53,367 bases of DNA from a virus (lineage: Duplodnaviria > Caudoviricetes): the IMG/VR virus record IMGVR_UViG_3300003886_000006, positions 1 through 53,367 of that record. One strand, 5' to 3'. This document shows, in pieces, positions 28,032 through 37,229 of this stretch. The notes under the pieces were generated by a model that searched no databases, was not told the DNA's origin, and worked only from the letters and a program-made list of their open reading frames with translations. Position 1 is the first letter of the stretch; each line of letters begins with the position of its first letter. The position numbers were made by a program, and so were the translations under genes.

Positions 28032-28832
28032 TCAGCTTCCCGGCATGGGCAGATATCCCTGTTCCTTCAACTTCTTGGCATAGTCGTCTTGGGTGGCTTT
28101 GATCTTGTCGGCTGGGGTGACAGGTTTCTTACCTGCCCCATCACCGGTTCCGCTCTTGGCGTCCCCAAGAAGATACGGTTTGGCTTTCGCCAACTTTTCG
28201 AGCTGCTTTTCGATTGATTTCGCCTCCGGGACTCCATCATCGAACACGATGTCGTCGAGCCGTAGCATCGCTTGCGCATCGGCAGGGTCAAGGAACCCGA
28301 TTTTAGCTGCCGCTTTGACGACGGCGAGCGTCAGGTTCGCGTTCCGCAACATAGCTTCCGCTTTGACGGCACGTTCGGTCGCTTCCTGAGCTTCCTTAGT
28401 GGCCCGTTCCGATTCGGACAGTTCCGCGTCGGCAATCTTCTTCAACTTCGCTTCGGCTTCTACCGCCCGCTTCTCAGCTTCCCGCGTCTTCATCCGATGT
28501 GCCGCGGACTCTTCGCGCAGCCCTTTGACATATTCGGCGTCGAACGTGGTAGCAGCCGACTCTTTCGCCTTGGCAGCAGCATCAGATGCTGCCTTGTCGG
28601 CAGCAACCTTTGCAGCTATCTCAGCTTCAACCGCGGCAGCATCCGCAGCTGCTTTCGCCGCCGCTTCAACCATCCCGCCATCTTCACCACCTTCGCCTTC
28701 CGCACCGACATAGGTGGAAGCTTTCACTTCACACCATGCACACCATGTTGATAGTGATCGGTTCGACAGGTCCGACAGATCCGACAGGTCCGATAGTCGC
28801 AGCTTCACATTTGGCATCTTTCTCGTCAACAC
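28032..28832 (-). CDS. Capsid scaffolding protein
   Basis: FDAEYVKGLREESAAHR, ELSESERA, DPADA, AKPYL motifs; AGGAGG RBS before GTG 28832. Confidence 0.88.
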   Translation of the reverse strand: MLTRKMPNVKLRLSDLSDLSDLSNRSLSTWCAWCEVKASTYVGAEGEGGEDGGMVEAAAKAAADAAAVEAEIAAKVAADKAASDAAAKAKESAATTFDAEYVKGLREESAAHRMKTREAEKRAVEAEAKLKKIADAELSESERATKEAQEATERAVKAEAMLRNANLTLAVVKAAAKIGFLDPADAQAMLRLDDIVFDDGVPEAKSIEKQLEKLAKAKPYLLGDAKSGTGDGAGKKPVTPADKIKATQDDYAKKLKEQGYLPMPGS

Positions 28833-29044
28833 CGGATACCTCCTGGGTTTCCTTCTAGGAATTAGGTGTCGACATGTAGCGTAGACGAAATTGGGTGAAT
28901 GTGGAAGCAAATGAGAACGAATCTCAAAACCTACACGCTGTTTAACGTTGCATGACGCCATGTGACTGCTACAAGCCTGTACGAGACGTTGCTTCCCGCT
29001 ACATCTCCCCGCTACGTCTTCCCGCTTCCCGCTACGTCTTTCTT

Positions 29045-30535
29045 CTACGGTCCGTCAATCGTCCCTCGTAGCTGCACCGCAGTCTCATATGTGGCTGCAA
29101 TCGTATCTTCACGGGCCTGTTCGGTAGCGATCTCTTCGTCTTTCAACCTGACGATCTCTTCAATCTCACTAGGTCGCAACCCGAGCTGCTTGACGATGTA
29201 ACGGAACGGTAAACCAATCTTAACCATCGCCTGTGCTTCTGCCAGGATTGCGAGACGATACTCGTATCTCGGATCTTTCCACAGCATGTCCCCGAGCCGC
29301 AACATGTCCGGTTCAACCCCGTCAACATAGACAGCCATCAGTCTGGCCACGTCAACCCACCGGTTCGCCAAAATCACCTGCTTGCGCGCCACCTTGTCGT
29401 TCAACGGTTTGTCTTCAATCTGCAACGAGTCGCCGCTGGGCGCGTCACCTCGCCCACCCCGATCCGATTTGAGGAAATATCGGACAGGGGTCCGCGATGT
29501 GAACGCGATATGTTGCAGCCACATTTCAATCACAGTGATATATGTGGAAGGGTCCGCGGCCTCAAACTGGCCGAACTGGCTGGGGACGACACGGTTATCT
29601 GCGTCAAAGGTCGGTTTGAAATGCCACGTCACCCCCGGCCCTGCGTTCCATCCGCCAACCGGTTCCGAAGCGATAGTCTCCACCCAACGCTGATTGAACG
29701 CTTGGAAACTTCCGGTCACCATCATGTCAACCAGCGTCTTGTTCAACGCGTCCTGCTGGCGGGTCGCGTCGGCAATCTCAGATCTGAACGACACGTTCGG
29801 AAATTCAACAACCGGAACTTGACCGAACCGGTGCGGCAACGGCCACGGTTCCCCAAGGACTTCACGTCGCGTCAACCCGTCAAGGCTACCGACCATCGAA
29901 GCAATCTCGTCGTACGCGTCGGTCGACGACGCTTTCAAACTCGCATCGCTGCCGTCCCGCACTTTGAACTTCCAAGCAGCCTTATCGGTGTAGACAGTGA
30001 CCAGCACATCGCCGTCTTCCGTCTCCCACCGTTTCACCGCCCACACTGCCCGTTTCCGATCATCATTCGAATATCGGACACGGATCAGAGACGCCGGTTG
30101 CCAGTCGAGTCGTGCCCCGCCACGTTCTTCATCCGGCCAAACTATCGCATACGCGGTTGATTCAACCAGCGTCCCTTGATGTAGATAAAACTGTTCCTCT
30201 TCGATCTCGTTGGCGCGAAACACATCCCACAGACGGTTGGCCGCATCCAGGTTCTCATCGTCGTCAGTTTTAATCCCGGTCAAAATCAGTTTGTCCAACA
30301 CGACATCGACTATCGGCCGCATCCAATTATCAGAGAACCCTTTGAACGCGGCCCCGAACGTGTCGGTGAAAGTTTTGGTTGAAAACGTTAACGGCTGGTC
30401 ACCGTCGAAGTAGCTGCGTAACCGTTGAAACTCGACTTCGTTGGCGGTTAAAGTCTCGAACTCTTTCCGCAAAATAGCTTCACGGATAAGGTTGGCGATA
30501 CCTGAGTCACCGAATGTTGTAGTCATATGGCTCAA
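29045..30535 (-). CDS. Portal protein (SPP1 gp6-like)
   Basis: YFDGDQPL, NWMRPIVD, HRFGQVPVVEFPN, PSGDSL motifs. Confidence 0.92.
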   Translation of the reverse strand: MSHMTTTFGDSGIANLIREAILRKEFETLTANEVEFQRLRSYFDGDQPLTFSTKTFTDTFGAAFKGFSDNWMRPIVDVVLDKLILTGIKTDDDENLDAANRLWDVFRANEIEEEQFYLHQGTLVESTAYAIVWPDEERGGARLDWQPASLIRVRYSNDDRKRAVWAVKRWETEDGDVLVTVYTDKAAWKFKVRDGSDASLKASSTDAYDEIASMVGSLDGLTRREVLGEPWPLPHRFGQVPVVEFPNVSFRSEIADATRQQDALNKTLVDMMVTGSFQAFNQRWVETIASEPVGGWNAGPGVTWHFKPTFDADNRVVPSQFGQFEAADPSTYITVIEMWLQHIAFTSRTPVRYFLKSDRGGRGDAPSGDSLQIEDKPLNDKVARKQVILANRWVDVARLMAVYVDGVEPDMLRLGDMLWKDPRYEYRLAILAEAQAMVKIGLPFRYIVKQLGLRPSEIEEIVRLKDEEIATEQAREDTIAATYETAVQLRGTIDGP

Positions 30536-30589
30536 CCCTCATTCCGCATTCCGCATTCCGCATTCCGTGCCTTCATCGTTTCAAACATT

Positions 30590-30847
30590 TCAAACTTCAA
30601 CTCTCGGCATCAAATCATAGAGGTATCCGCGCAGGATAGAGTCTACATGTGGCCAGCATCGTCGGCATTCCAACACTGCCTCCCCGGTCCGGTCATCATA
30701 TCTCTCCGCGTAATACAGATGACCGTTGAGTTTACAGATGAGACGTTTACGGCGAATCTTGGCCAAATCCTGTCGGGTCAAAACAGGTCCATCAGTTGAC
30801 CCACCAGTCGATTCGCCAGTCAACCCGGCAACTAGTTCAATAGCCAA
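30590..30847 (-). CDS. Small Cys/His protein (LICKLNGH...CRRC)
   Basis: 85-aa ORF coupled to the terminase gene. Confidence 0.6.
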   Translation of the reverse strand: MAIELVAGLTGESTGGSTDGPVLTRQDLAKIRRKRLICKLNGHLYYAERYDDRTGEAVLECRRCWPHVDSILRGYLYDLMPRVEV

Positions 30848-32441
30848 AATGCACCCCGGCGAGATGTTTCATCCGGTCCTGCTTCTCCTGCTGCCCTCTC
30901 CGCCCGGCACTTTCAACCCTCGTCACCGACCCGCCACTAGCCATCCGTGTTTCCCTAGTTAAACAGACGATCCCTTTAGACGCTGCATCCACCTGATCGT
31001 CATGGTCCCCTTCCGGGAAGGTACCACATTCGGCTAAGAAGTCTTCATTCCACGGTCCGCGCACAATATAGAAATGGCCGGTGTGAATCAGCGACGCTAA
31101 CCCTTTCGCATGTTGCTCCTTCGTTCCGGTGGCGAACAGGCCACGGACGGTGTAGCCGGGGAGGAGACTGTTTTTGTAGCGCCACACCAGCGACTTCCCG
31201 GCTGATCCGCGTTCCTGCTCAACCCATATCGGCACTCCGGCACCGTCGCGGCGTGCGTCACTTTTCACATTCATGTCGACAATCCCCGGGTTGTCACGGA
31301 ACCGGTTCATGTCGAACAGGTAGTAGTCGCGGATTGGCAAAATGTGTTCACCGGTGCGAGGATCGATCATCCGATGTCCACGCGCCAACGTACGCCCAAT
31401 CTTCGCCCCCGCAGTCCAGTCCGGGTTCGGGTTCAAATCGGTCTTTTTCGTTGCAGCGAAATCCCAATATCGGATAATGTTTTCGAACGTCGCCGCAGGT
31501 GGCACATCAGACCAGTCGACGATTTCGATCTGCTGCGGGTTGATGAAACCACCGGACGATGTTGCCGACCAGTCACCGTGACGTAGCTGATTGTAGGTGA
31601 CCGATTCGCCATCATCAGTAATCATCACTTTCAACGATTCGACATATTCTTCCCGGTCTATATGTGGGTTGTCGTCGAGGGTCGCGGAAAGGAACTTGCG
31701 GGTAACACTCTGCGGATACACCGGGCCGTGCGGCAGCTTCCACCGTTTCCTCACCCACTCGTGCCCCGGACCTCCCGGGTTCGACGCGGAACGCACCCGG
31801 GAAGGTATCGGGAAGTCTTTGAGGCGACGGATACGGGAATACAGGTAGAGGTATTGGTATTCGCGAAGTTGCGTCAACTCGTCGAAACAGACGATGTTGT
31901 ATTCGCCGCCCTGATAGTTCAGCTCGTCGCCTTCATGTTCCAAATACCCAAACTTGATGCTTGCACCTGACGGGAAAGTCCAGATGTTGTTGTTGCCATC
32001 CCAATGTGCTTTCGACCCGGAAAACCATTCATGGGAACGGTGAATCAAACCGCCCGGCTGGGAAAGCTGTTTGAATGTGCGACGGATAATCAGCGCCTGT
32101 GTCGGATATTCGTCAATGTCACGGGCAGCTTCCATGAGTAGAGCCGAAGATTTTCCAGGTCCGGCCGCGCCGCCAAATAGTACCTCTAACGTGTCGTAGA
32201 GAAGAAGGAACGCGTGCTGTTTAGGGTGCGGTATTTCCGGAATGAACTTCGACAACCTCAGCTTCAACGATCTCGAAATCGTCGCTATCTGAGCTTCTGT
32301 TAAGTTCTCCAAGTCCTCCGGCTTTAGGTTCACATCCAGACTCAGATTCGGACGGTCCGGGTTTGGTTCCGTCCCCGGTTCCGTCCCCGGTTCCAAGCTC
32401 GAAAGCTCCGGTCGATTTGAGGGCTGCAAGGATTTCTCCAA
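30837..32441 (-). CDS. terL: Terminase large subunit
   Basis: Walker A GGAAGPGKS, Walker B VCFDELTQ, ASNPGG, nuclease YWDFA and HDDQVDA. Confidence 0.97.
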   Translation of the reverse strand: MEKSLQPSNRPELSSLEPGTEPGTEPNPDRPNLSLDVNLKPEDLENLTEAQIATISRSLKLRLSKFIPEIPHPKQHAFLLLYDTLEVLFGGAAGPGKSSALLMEAARDIDEYPTQALIIRRTFKQLSQPGGLIHRSHEWFSGSKAHWDGNNNIWTFPSGASIKFGYLEHEGDELNYQGGEYNIVCFDELTQLREYQYLYLYSRIRRLKDFPIPSRVRSASNPGGPGHEWVRKRWKLPHGPVYPQSVTRKFLSATLDDNPHIDREEYVESLKVMITDDGESVTYNQLRHGDWSATSSGGFINPQQIEIVDWSDVPPAATFENIIRYWDFAATKKTDLNPNPDWTAGAKIGRTLARGHRMIDPRTGEHILPIRDYYLFDMNRFRDNPGIVDMNVKSDARRDGAGVPIWVEQERGSAGKSLVWRYKNSLLPGYTVRGLFATGTKEQHAKGLASLIHTGHFYIVRGPWNEDFLAECGTFPEGDHDDQVDAASKGIVCLTRETRMASGGSVTRVESAGRRGQQEKQDRMKHLAGVHFGY

Positions 32442-33105
32442 TAGCGCTAGGTTTCATCTCGTGGGTGTGAGTTATCTCACCTTGAATGTCCACAATCTCT
32501 GTCGGCATTCCCCGGGCGAGACGTTCCGCCGACATCAAACCCGGCATGTTTCGCGCCATCTTAGATGCAGTGTCGAGCAGTTTCACCGTATCCCGTTCAC
32601 TCAAATCTTCCAAAGTGTTCGGATCTACCTCCAGTTTCAGCTTGAGAGCTTGGAACGGTATCGACATGGCTTCGAGCGCTTCCACAATGATCGTACCGTG
32701 ACGTTCCGCCATTGCTTTGACCGCTTCGAGGCGGGCAAGCTGATAAACCCGATCTTCGGCTGTGTCCCACGCTTGGGCACGCATCGCCCATTCGAACCGT
32801 TTACTCCAAAGGTTGATGCTCGAAATGCTGTAACCGTGGTCACGTGCCACCATCATGTAGGTGCGTGACAGGCCAAGGTCACGGTAAGTACGGAAAGCGT
32901 TCCAGGCAAGATCAGTTTCGTCAGGGTACCGTTCCCACGGTTCACGGAACGCGGTGGAAAGGTTAGCCAAATCAACGTTTGGTATCTGGTCGAGACTGTC
33001 CGCGTCGACAACAGGCAGCTCATCGTCAGATACAGGTTCCGGGTGAAGGTTGAACGCGTCTTCGACGCGTTTCGCAGCCTCAGACATTTTCACGATTTCA
33101 CGCAT
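32221..33105 (-). CDS. terS: Terminase small subunit
   Basis: PWERYPDETDLAWNAF..YRDLG..R, W..RAQAWD HTH-type domain; immediately upstream of terL. Confidence 0.8.
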   Translation of the reverse strand: MREIVKMSEAAKRVEDAFNLHPEPVSDDELPVVDADSLDQIPNVDLANLSTAFREPWERYPDETDLAWNAFRTYRDLGLSRTYMMVARDHGYSISSINLWSKRFEWAMRAQAWDTAEDRVYQLARLEAVKAMAERHGTIIVEALEAMSIPFQALKLKLEVDPNTLEDLSERDTVKLLDTASKMARNMPGLMSAERLARGMPTEIVDIQGEITHTHEMKPSAIGEILAALKSTGAFELGTGDGTGDGTKPGPSESESGCEPKAGGLGELNRSSDSDDFEIVEAEVVEVHSGNTAP

Positions 33106-33190
33106 AGAAGATCACAAGAGAACCATAGAGGGTTACGAGGGGATGTTATACAAGACCGCATCTTCCCTTTCTTCACCTTCTTCACCTTCT

Positions 33191-33922
33191 TCACCCGACA
33201 ACATCTGGGTCAATATAGTCGTCGACAGTCATCTGATCTGGGTGAATGTCCGGTTTCCGCGTATCGTCAAATGTGAACAGGTATTCAAATCCGACACGTG
33301 CGTCCCTGTTTTCCCCATGTCGCATTCCACTAACCCCAATTACTTCGACAGCTACCAGCCGCCAGCCGACAGTTATCAGATAGTTCAAATGCCATTCCGC
33401 GACCCGTTGGATTTCCCCGCCACGGATATGGTTTTTCATGTTGAGAACAAACCGGCCCCCGGGCCGCACCACCCGCCGTATCTCACGCCACGCACGCCGG
33501 TGGAAAGCCCGATAGGCTGAACCCCACAGGAGTGTCCCCGAATTGTCAGGGTTGAGCTTGTGGGCGTTGTCGCCGGTGAGGGTTCGCATATCATGGGTGT
33601 AGGAGCGGCGTGTCGACGGGTCTTTCGCATTGTGATGGTCAGCGAACCGGTTGCCGAACGTCGGTGATGTGAGGACCGCGTCGAAAGATGAACTGGGGAA
33701 CGGCAGGTGAAGCGCGTTGCCAATAATCGTGTCTTTATGCGCTACCGCCCATTCCGGTTCCAATTCAACCCCGACTGTTACATTTGGCAGACTGTGGATA
33801 CGGCCGACACCGGCAAACGGGTCGAGGATGAGAGGGTAGGAAGCGGGGGGAAGATGCAGGGCGGCAGTGGCAAGGATCTGTTGCGGGAATTTGGCAGGGT
33901 GGAGAGGTTCAGCCGGTTCCAT
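33191..33922 (-). CDS. DNA amino-methyltransferase (N4C/N6A type)
   Basis: Motif I ILDPFAGVG, motif IV variant DAVLTSPTF, RRVVRPGG. Confidence 0.85.
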   Translation of the reverse strand: MEPAEPLHPAKFPQQILATAALHLPPASYPLILDPFAGVGRIHSLPNVTVGVELEPEWAVAHKDTIIGNALHLPFPSSSFDAVLTSPTFGNRFADHHNAKDPSTRRSYTHDMRTLTGDNAHKLNPDNSGTLLWGSAYRAFHRRAWREIRRVVRPGGRFVLNMKNHIRGGEIQRVAEWHLNYLITVGWRLVAVEVIGVSGMRHGENRDARVGFEYLFTFDDTRKPDIHPDQMTVDDYIDPDVVG

Positions 33923-33936
33923 CTTTCCCCCACCTT

Positions 33937-34188
33937 CTACTTCCCGACCCGTTTCTTCCCACCGTCCCCTAACCCGTCCAGATATCTGCCTAACGCTTCA
34001 ATCAGCACTTCGACCATCGTCCGGTCCTGGTTGGTCGCGGCCAGCTTCAAACGCTTCCACAAGGCCCGTGGCATCCCTTTGACGGTGATAGTGGTGAGCG
34101 TTGACTTGGCTGGCTTAGCTGCTGGCTTAGCTGCTGGCTTAGCTGGCTTGTTCGGTTTACTTGGCTTGGCTGCTACTGGCTTAGTCAC
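33937..34188 (-). CDS. Ribbon-helix-helix DNA-binding protein
   Basis: TTITVKGMPRALWKRLKLAA...TMVEVLIEALGRYL; (AKPA)n N-terminus. Confidence 0.8.
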   Translation of the reverse strand: MTKPVAAKPSKPNKPAKPAAKPAAKPAKSTLTTITVKGMPRALWKRLKLAATNQDRTMVEVLIEALGRYLDGLGDGGKKRVGK

Positions 34189-34230
34189 GAAACTACCCTT
34201 CTCTCTACATATGGATAAACGAGTACAATC

Positions 34231-34259
34231 AGTTTACCTAGCTAGTCTAGGGTTGGCAA
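34231..34259 (-). promoter_or_regulatory. Sigma70/SigA-type promoter
   Basis: TTGCCA-17 bp-TAAACT upstream of the RHH gene. Confidence 0.65.
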
Positions 34260-34306
34260 GCGTTTCGGACGGACTGTTGAAAATAAGCTATCAGCAACAC
34301 CATCAG

Positions 34307-34927
34307 CTACAACAGTGGCGCTTTACACACCCACGACCCTGGCCCGTTTTTCGCCAACAGCCACGCGCCGACTGCAATGTTCGCGCGAGGATCAAAAATG
34401 CTGGCACCGTCCCATCCGGCCGCGGCACTTCGTTCCGACCAATAGCGGCTCAAGTGCTGCACGAGGCCAGATGCCCCGGACGACGCGTTGTATGCATTCG
34501 GATCGCCACCCGATTCGCATCTGATAATCGCCAACGCCCAATCGACCCGGTTCGGTGGAAAATACTGTTCGACAAGACTCCGCCACCGTTCAACGTTTGG
34601 TGGTAGCGGTGAAAGCTGCCGTGGAGGAGGTGGAGACAATGATGGCAGTGATAGTGCAGAATCCGTATGGGGATGGGAAACCCAATACGGCCCGTTCATT
34701 TCAACAAACCGTTCAACCCATCTCAACCGTTCAATTTCCGCTTCGGTTCTCATTTCAACCCGATACGTTTCAAGACCGGATCTCATTTCAACCGGCATCG
34801 GGTCGGGGAGGGTTTTAGCTTGCGCTGTGTAGCGGACGGCTGCTAACAGGATCACTGTTGCCACACCGATAACCAGAATCCAGTAGATCAATTCGATAAA
34901 CGACCAACGTTTCAAAGGAACCTCCAA
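34307..34927 (-). CDS. Membrane-anchored lytic transglycosylase (SLT/Rpf-like)
   Basis: N-terminal TM; IIRCESGGDPNAYN, ASGLVQ, IFDPRANI motifs. Confidence 0.88.
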   Translation of the reverse strand: MEVPLKRWSFIELIYWILVIGVATVILLAAVRYTAQAKTLPDPMPVEMRSGLETYRVEMRTEAEIERLRWVERFVEMNGPYWVSHPHTDSALSLPSLSPPPPRQLSPLPPNVERWRSLVEQYFPPNRVDWALAIIRCESGGDPNAYNASSGASGLVQHLSRYWSERSAAAGWDGASIFDPRANIAVGAWLLAKNGPGSWVCKAPLL

Positions 34928-35047
34928 AAGGAGACGATGGGGGATGGGGGGAAGTTAGTAGCGGAACAGGCTGAAACCAAGGATAAGGAAGGAGAAAGGA
35001 GGATGCGGTCTGATACAACCAGTCTGATACAACCAGTCTGATACGAC

Positions 35048-35075
35048 CAGCGGCCCCGAGCACGAGGGGCCGCTG
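35048..35075 (-). terminator. Hairpin, probable terminator of the small-gene operon
   Basis: 10-bp stem CAGCGGCCCC/GGGGCCGCTG. Confidence 0.55.
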
Positions 35076-35144
35076 ATCTGACGTGGGAGACAAGCCGCTC
35101 TATAGACGGGCCTCAACCTGACTGTAGCATCTGTAACACACTTT

Positions 35145-35441
35145 TCAAACCTCCTCCGAACGGGAATACATGGAATGTAGGGCACGGTCGGCGGCGACAG
35201 TGTGCAACCCTACCTGATCTGAAAGTGCCATCTCGTTCGTCACATAGGTCATCAGACTTCTACCCCCGTTTTCATCCATCCGTTCCACAACCATCACAAC
35301 CCGGGTAGGTACCCAACGGACCTCACCTTTAGCAACATCAGTCGCCCATTCGTCTATATGTGCAGCAGTGTCTAAAAGGATGTCGGTGACGGCTTCAAGG
35401 AAATCACCTGCGTCGCTGATGAAACCGGAAGGGATGTTCAT
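35145..35441 (-). CDS. Hypothetical protein
   Basis: GGAGG RBS; 98 aa. Confidence 0.7.
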   Translation of the reverse strand: MNIPSGFISDAGDFLEAVTDILLDTAAHIDEWATDVAKGEVRWVPTRVVMVVERMDENGGRSLMTYVTNEMALSDQVGLHTVAADRALHSMYSRSEEV

Positions 35442-35447
35442 AGTTGG

Positions 35448-35696
35448 TTAAACCTCCACGTCTGTTACATCTGTTACATCTGTTACATCTGTTACATCTG
35501 TCGTCTGACTGTCACAGTCGACAATTCCGTCACCTTCACAATCGGTACATCCTTTCCACATGTAGTAAAGCTCGTTTCCGGTCCCGTCGCATCGCCTACA
35601 CAGCATCAAAGTACTGTCATGCTGTATCACCAACACAGCTTCACGACGGTGTGCTTGGTCCATGTCTATGTTTATCGAACTACCCATCACCATCAC
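35448..35696 (-). CDS. DnaJ-type zinc-finger small protein
   Basis: CRRCDGTG...CTDCEGDG; (TDV)4 tail from a 9-bp repeat. Confidence 0.7.
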   Translation of the reverse strand: MMVMGSSINIDMDQAHRREAVLVIQHDSTLMLCRRCDGTGNELYYMWKGCTDCEGDGIVDCDSQTTDVTDVTDVTDVTDVEV

Positions 35697-36020
35697 CTAT
35701 CCCATCCATCCTGACCGTCTGGCAACATGTGGTTTGACTACACGCCCCGACACCCGGTCTTGGTCGATAACAACTCTGATCTGTGTGCCGCAGCCGCAGA
35801 CACATCTGAAAAGCATCTCCCTGTCCATGTCTACTGTCACCTGTTCAGATGTTGCCTGTTCGGGGTCTGACATGATACGTTCCACCCACCGGCACTGGCC
35901 GGATGCTTTAAACCCGGCTTTAAACACACAGTACCGCTCTTTGTCAGGGTCAATAATGGGATTCCCGCCGATCCGATCCCCACAGGTATGTGTCTCACAC
36001 CACCACAACTGTTCACTCAT
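35697..36020 (-). CDS. Cys-rich hypothetical protein
   Basis: WWCETHTC, CVCGCG; GAGG RBS. Confidence 0.65.
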   Translation of the reverse strand: MSEQLWWCETHTCGDRIGGNPIIDPDKERYCVFKAGFKASGQCRWVERIMSDPEQATSEQVTVDMDREMLFRCVCGCGTQIRVVIDQDRVSGRVVKPHVARRSGWMG

Positions 36021-36028
36021 CTTTGCCT

Positions 36029-36472
36029 CTACTCCCCTTTTCCCTTGTCAGGATATCGCACAAGCAGTTCATAGCCGGTACCGTAATACCCGCTACCATC
36101 ATCACCTGAGACTGCAAACAGGTTGATTCGTTTGTCTTCGGCTACAACGAATACACGATAAACGGTGTCGTAGGAGCCATCTTCAACCTTAACGCCCTCT
36201 TCAAATTCGACTGATGTGACAATGTTGTCACACCCGTTAAGGTCATCCAGTTGATAGTCGCCAGCAGCACAACATTCACCTCGATTTGGCACAACCTTGG
36301 CCACTGTCCCGTCGTCTAGACGTAGATGGTCGTCTGCGATCCGTTCGATTTTATGCCCGAGAAGCAGTTGGCGAATCTGCTTGTGGTCATCTTGATCGTA
36401 GCCTTTAAGGGATTCATCCAGATAGGAACTGTCCGCTGCAATCAGCTTGCTCCGTTTAGTGCCCATCATCAT
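36029..36472 (-). CDS. Hypothetical phage protein (SGYYGTGY motif)
   Basis: 147-aa ORF coupled to its neighbours. Confidence 0.75.
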   Translation of the reverse strand: MMMGTKRSKLIAADSSYLDESLKGYDQDDHKQIRQLLLGHKIERIADDHLRLDDGTVAKVVPNRGECCAAGDYQLDDLNGCDNIVTSVEFEEGVKVEDGSYDTVYRVFVVAEDKRINLFAVSGDDGSGYYGTGYELLVRYPDKGKGE

Positions 36473-36728
36473 CTTCTGGCATAGATCCTCCCTGGCCGAT
36501 GTTGCCCCGTACCGGATAGGTGCGAATCACCCGGCCTCCTCTTGACACTGCAATCTCTAACACTATCGCGTCTTCCGGTGCGGAACAGTCAGCGTTTAAC
36601 ACCCGGACTCTGAGTATTGCCCGCCCGTCGATAGTCGCGAGACGATCCACGAAGATCATCGCCTCGGAATCTTTCGGATACCATGCCATCCCGTATTGGG
36701 TTGTGAATGTTCTTGGACGGTCACTCAT
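36456..36728 (-). CDS. Hypothetical protein (MSDRPRT...)
   Basis: GGAGACGGCA-ATG junction motif. Confidence 0.7.
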   Translation of the reverse strand: MSDRPRTFTTQYGMAWYPKDSEAMIFVDRLATIDGRAILRVRVLNADCSAPEDAIVLEIAVSRGGRVIRTYPVRGNIGQGGSMPEDDDGH

Positions 36729-36963
36729 TGCCGTCTCCTTCTGGAAAGCAGCCGTCATGAGGGTAAACCGCTGTTGGCTTACAGTCGTGACCCTGGTGAA
36801 CGAATCCTGAAATGTGCAAGTCACAGGAGAGCCGCCGTACTTGTGCCGCATTAATCCTGTCCGTGTGGGCACATGCAGATGAGTCGACGACCCATCCGGC
36901 GTCGTTTTCACAAGGCAGTCCATTTGCTCCACGGTAAGTCTGTGCATCACACTTCACCGTCAT
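36721..36963 (-). CDS. Cys/His-rich small protein, paralog of 51423..51644
   Basis: Shared C..GL(I)PC...A.WVV...RLSC..H...F.H.G.DC pattern. Confidence 0.7.
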   Translation of the reverse strand: MTVKCDAQTYRGANGLPCENDAGWVVDSSACAHTDRINAAQVRRLSCDLHISGFVHQGHDCKPTAVYPHDGCFPEGDGNE

Positions 36964-37229
36964 CGCCCGTCTCCTGTCTCTACCCAATGCTTCGGCGGGT
37001 CTTCAACGCGGCAGGCTTGACAGTCGGCATCCAGACATCTCAGTCCCCCTTCGAAACGGTCATCATCGAAATACACCAGTTCAGCATTATGTGATGCACA
37101 CCACGGTATCGACTCCAACACAACCTTCGCACCACCGTCACACCAGTCATGCACCGTATCGCCAAAGTAGCTGTGACCGTCATGGTGATAGCCGTGTCCG
37201 CACCGGTCTCTTAATCTCCGTTCACTCAT
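36960..37229 (-). CDS. Cys/His-rich small protein, paralog of 38045..38332
   Basis: LRD..C.HG, WC.GG, PWC..H and identical ACRVEDPPKHWVETGDG end. Confidence 0.75.
   Translation of the reverse strand: MSERRLRDRCGHGYHHDGHSYFGDTVHDWCDGGAKVVLESIPWCASHNAELVYFDDDRFEGGLRCLDADCQACRVEDPPKHWVETGDGR
36967..37016. repeat. 50-bp exact direct repeat, copy 1
   Basis: Identical to 38058-38107. Confidence 0.92.

Noticed and set aside
31320-31400. Intein or intron in the terminase
   Set aside because: Only a short insertion-like loop (ARGHRMIDPRTGEHILP); no splicing motifs, and TerL length is normal.
33707-34606. Long plus-strand ORFs (e.g. 33707..34606, 44158..45003, 47419..48132, 50638..51387)
   Set aside because: They lie antisense to, or overlap, well-supported genes and lack recognisable motifs; expected shadows in GC-rich DNA.
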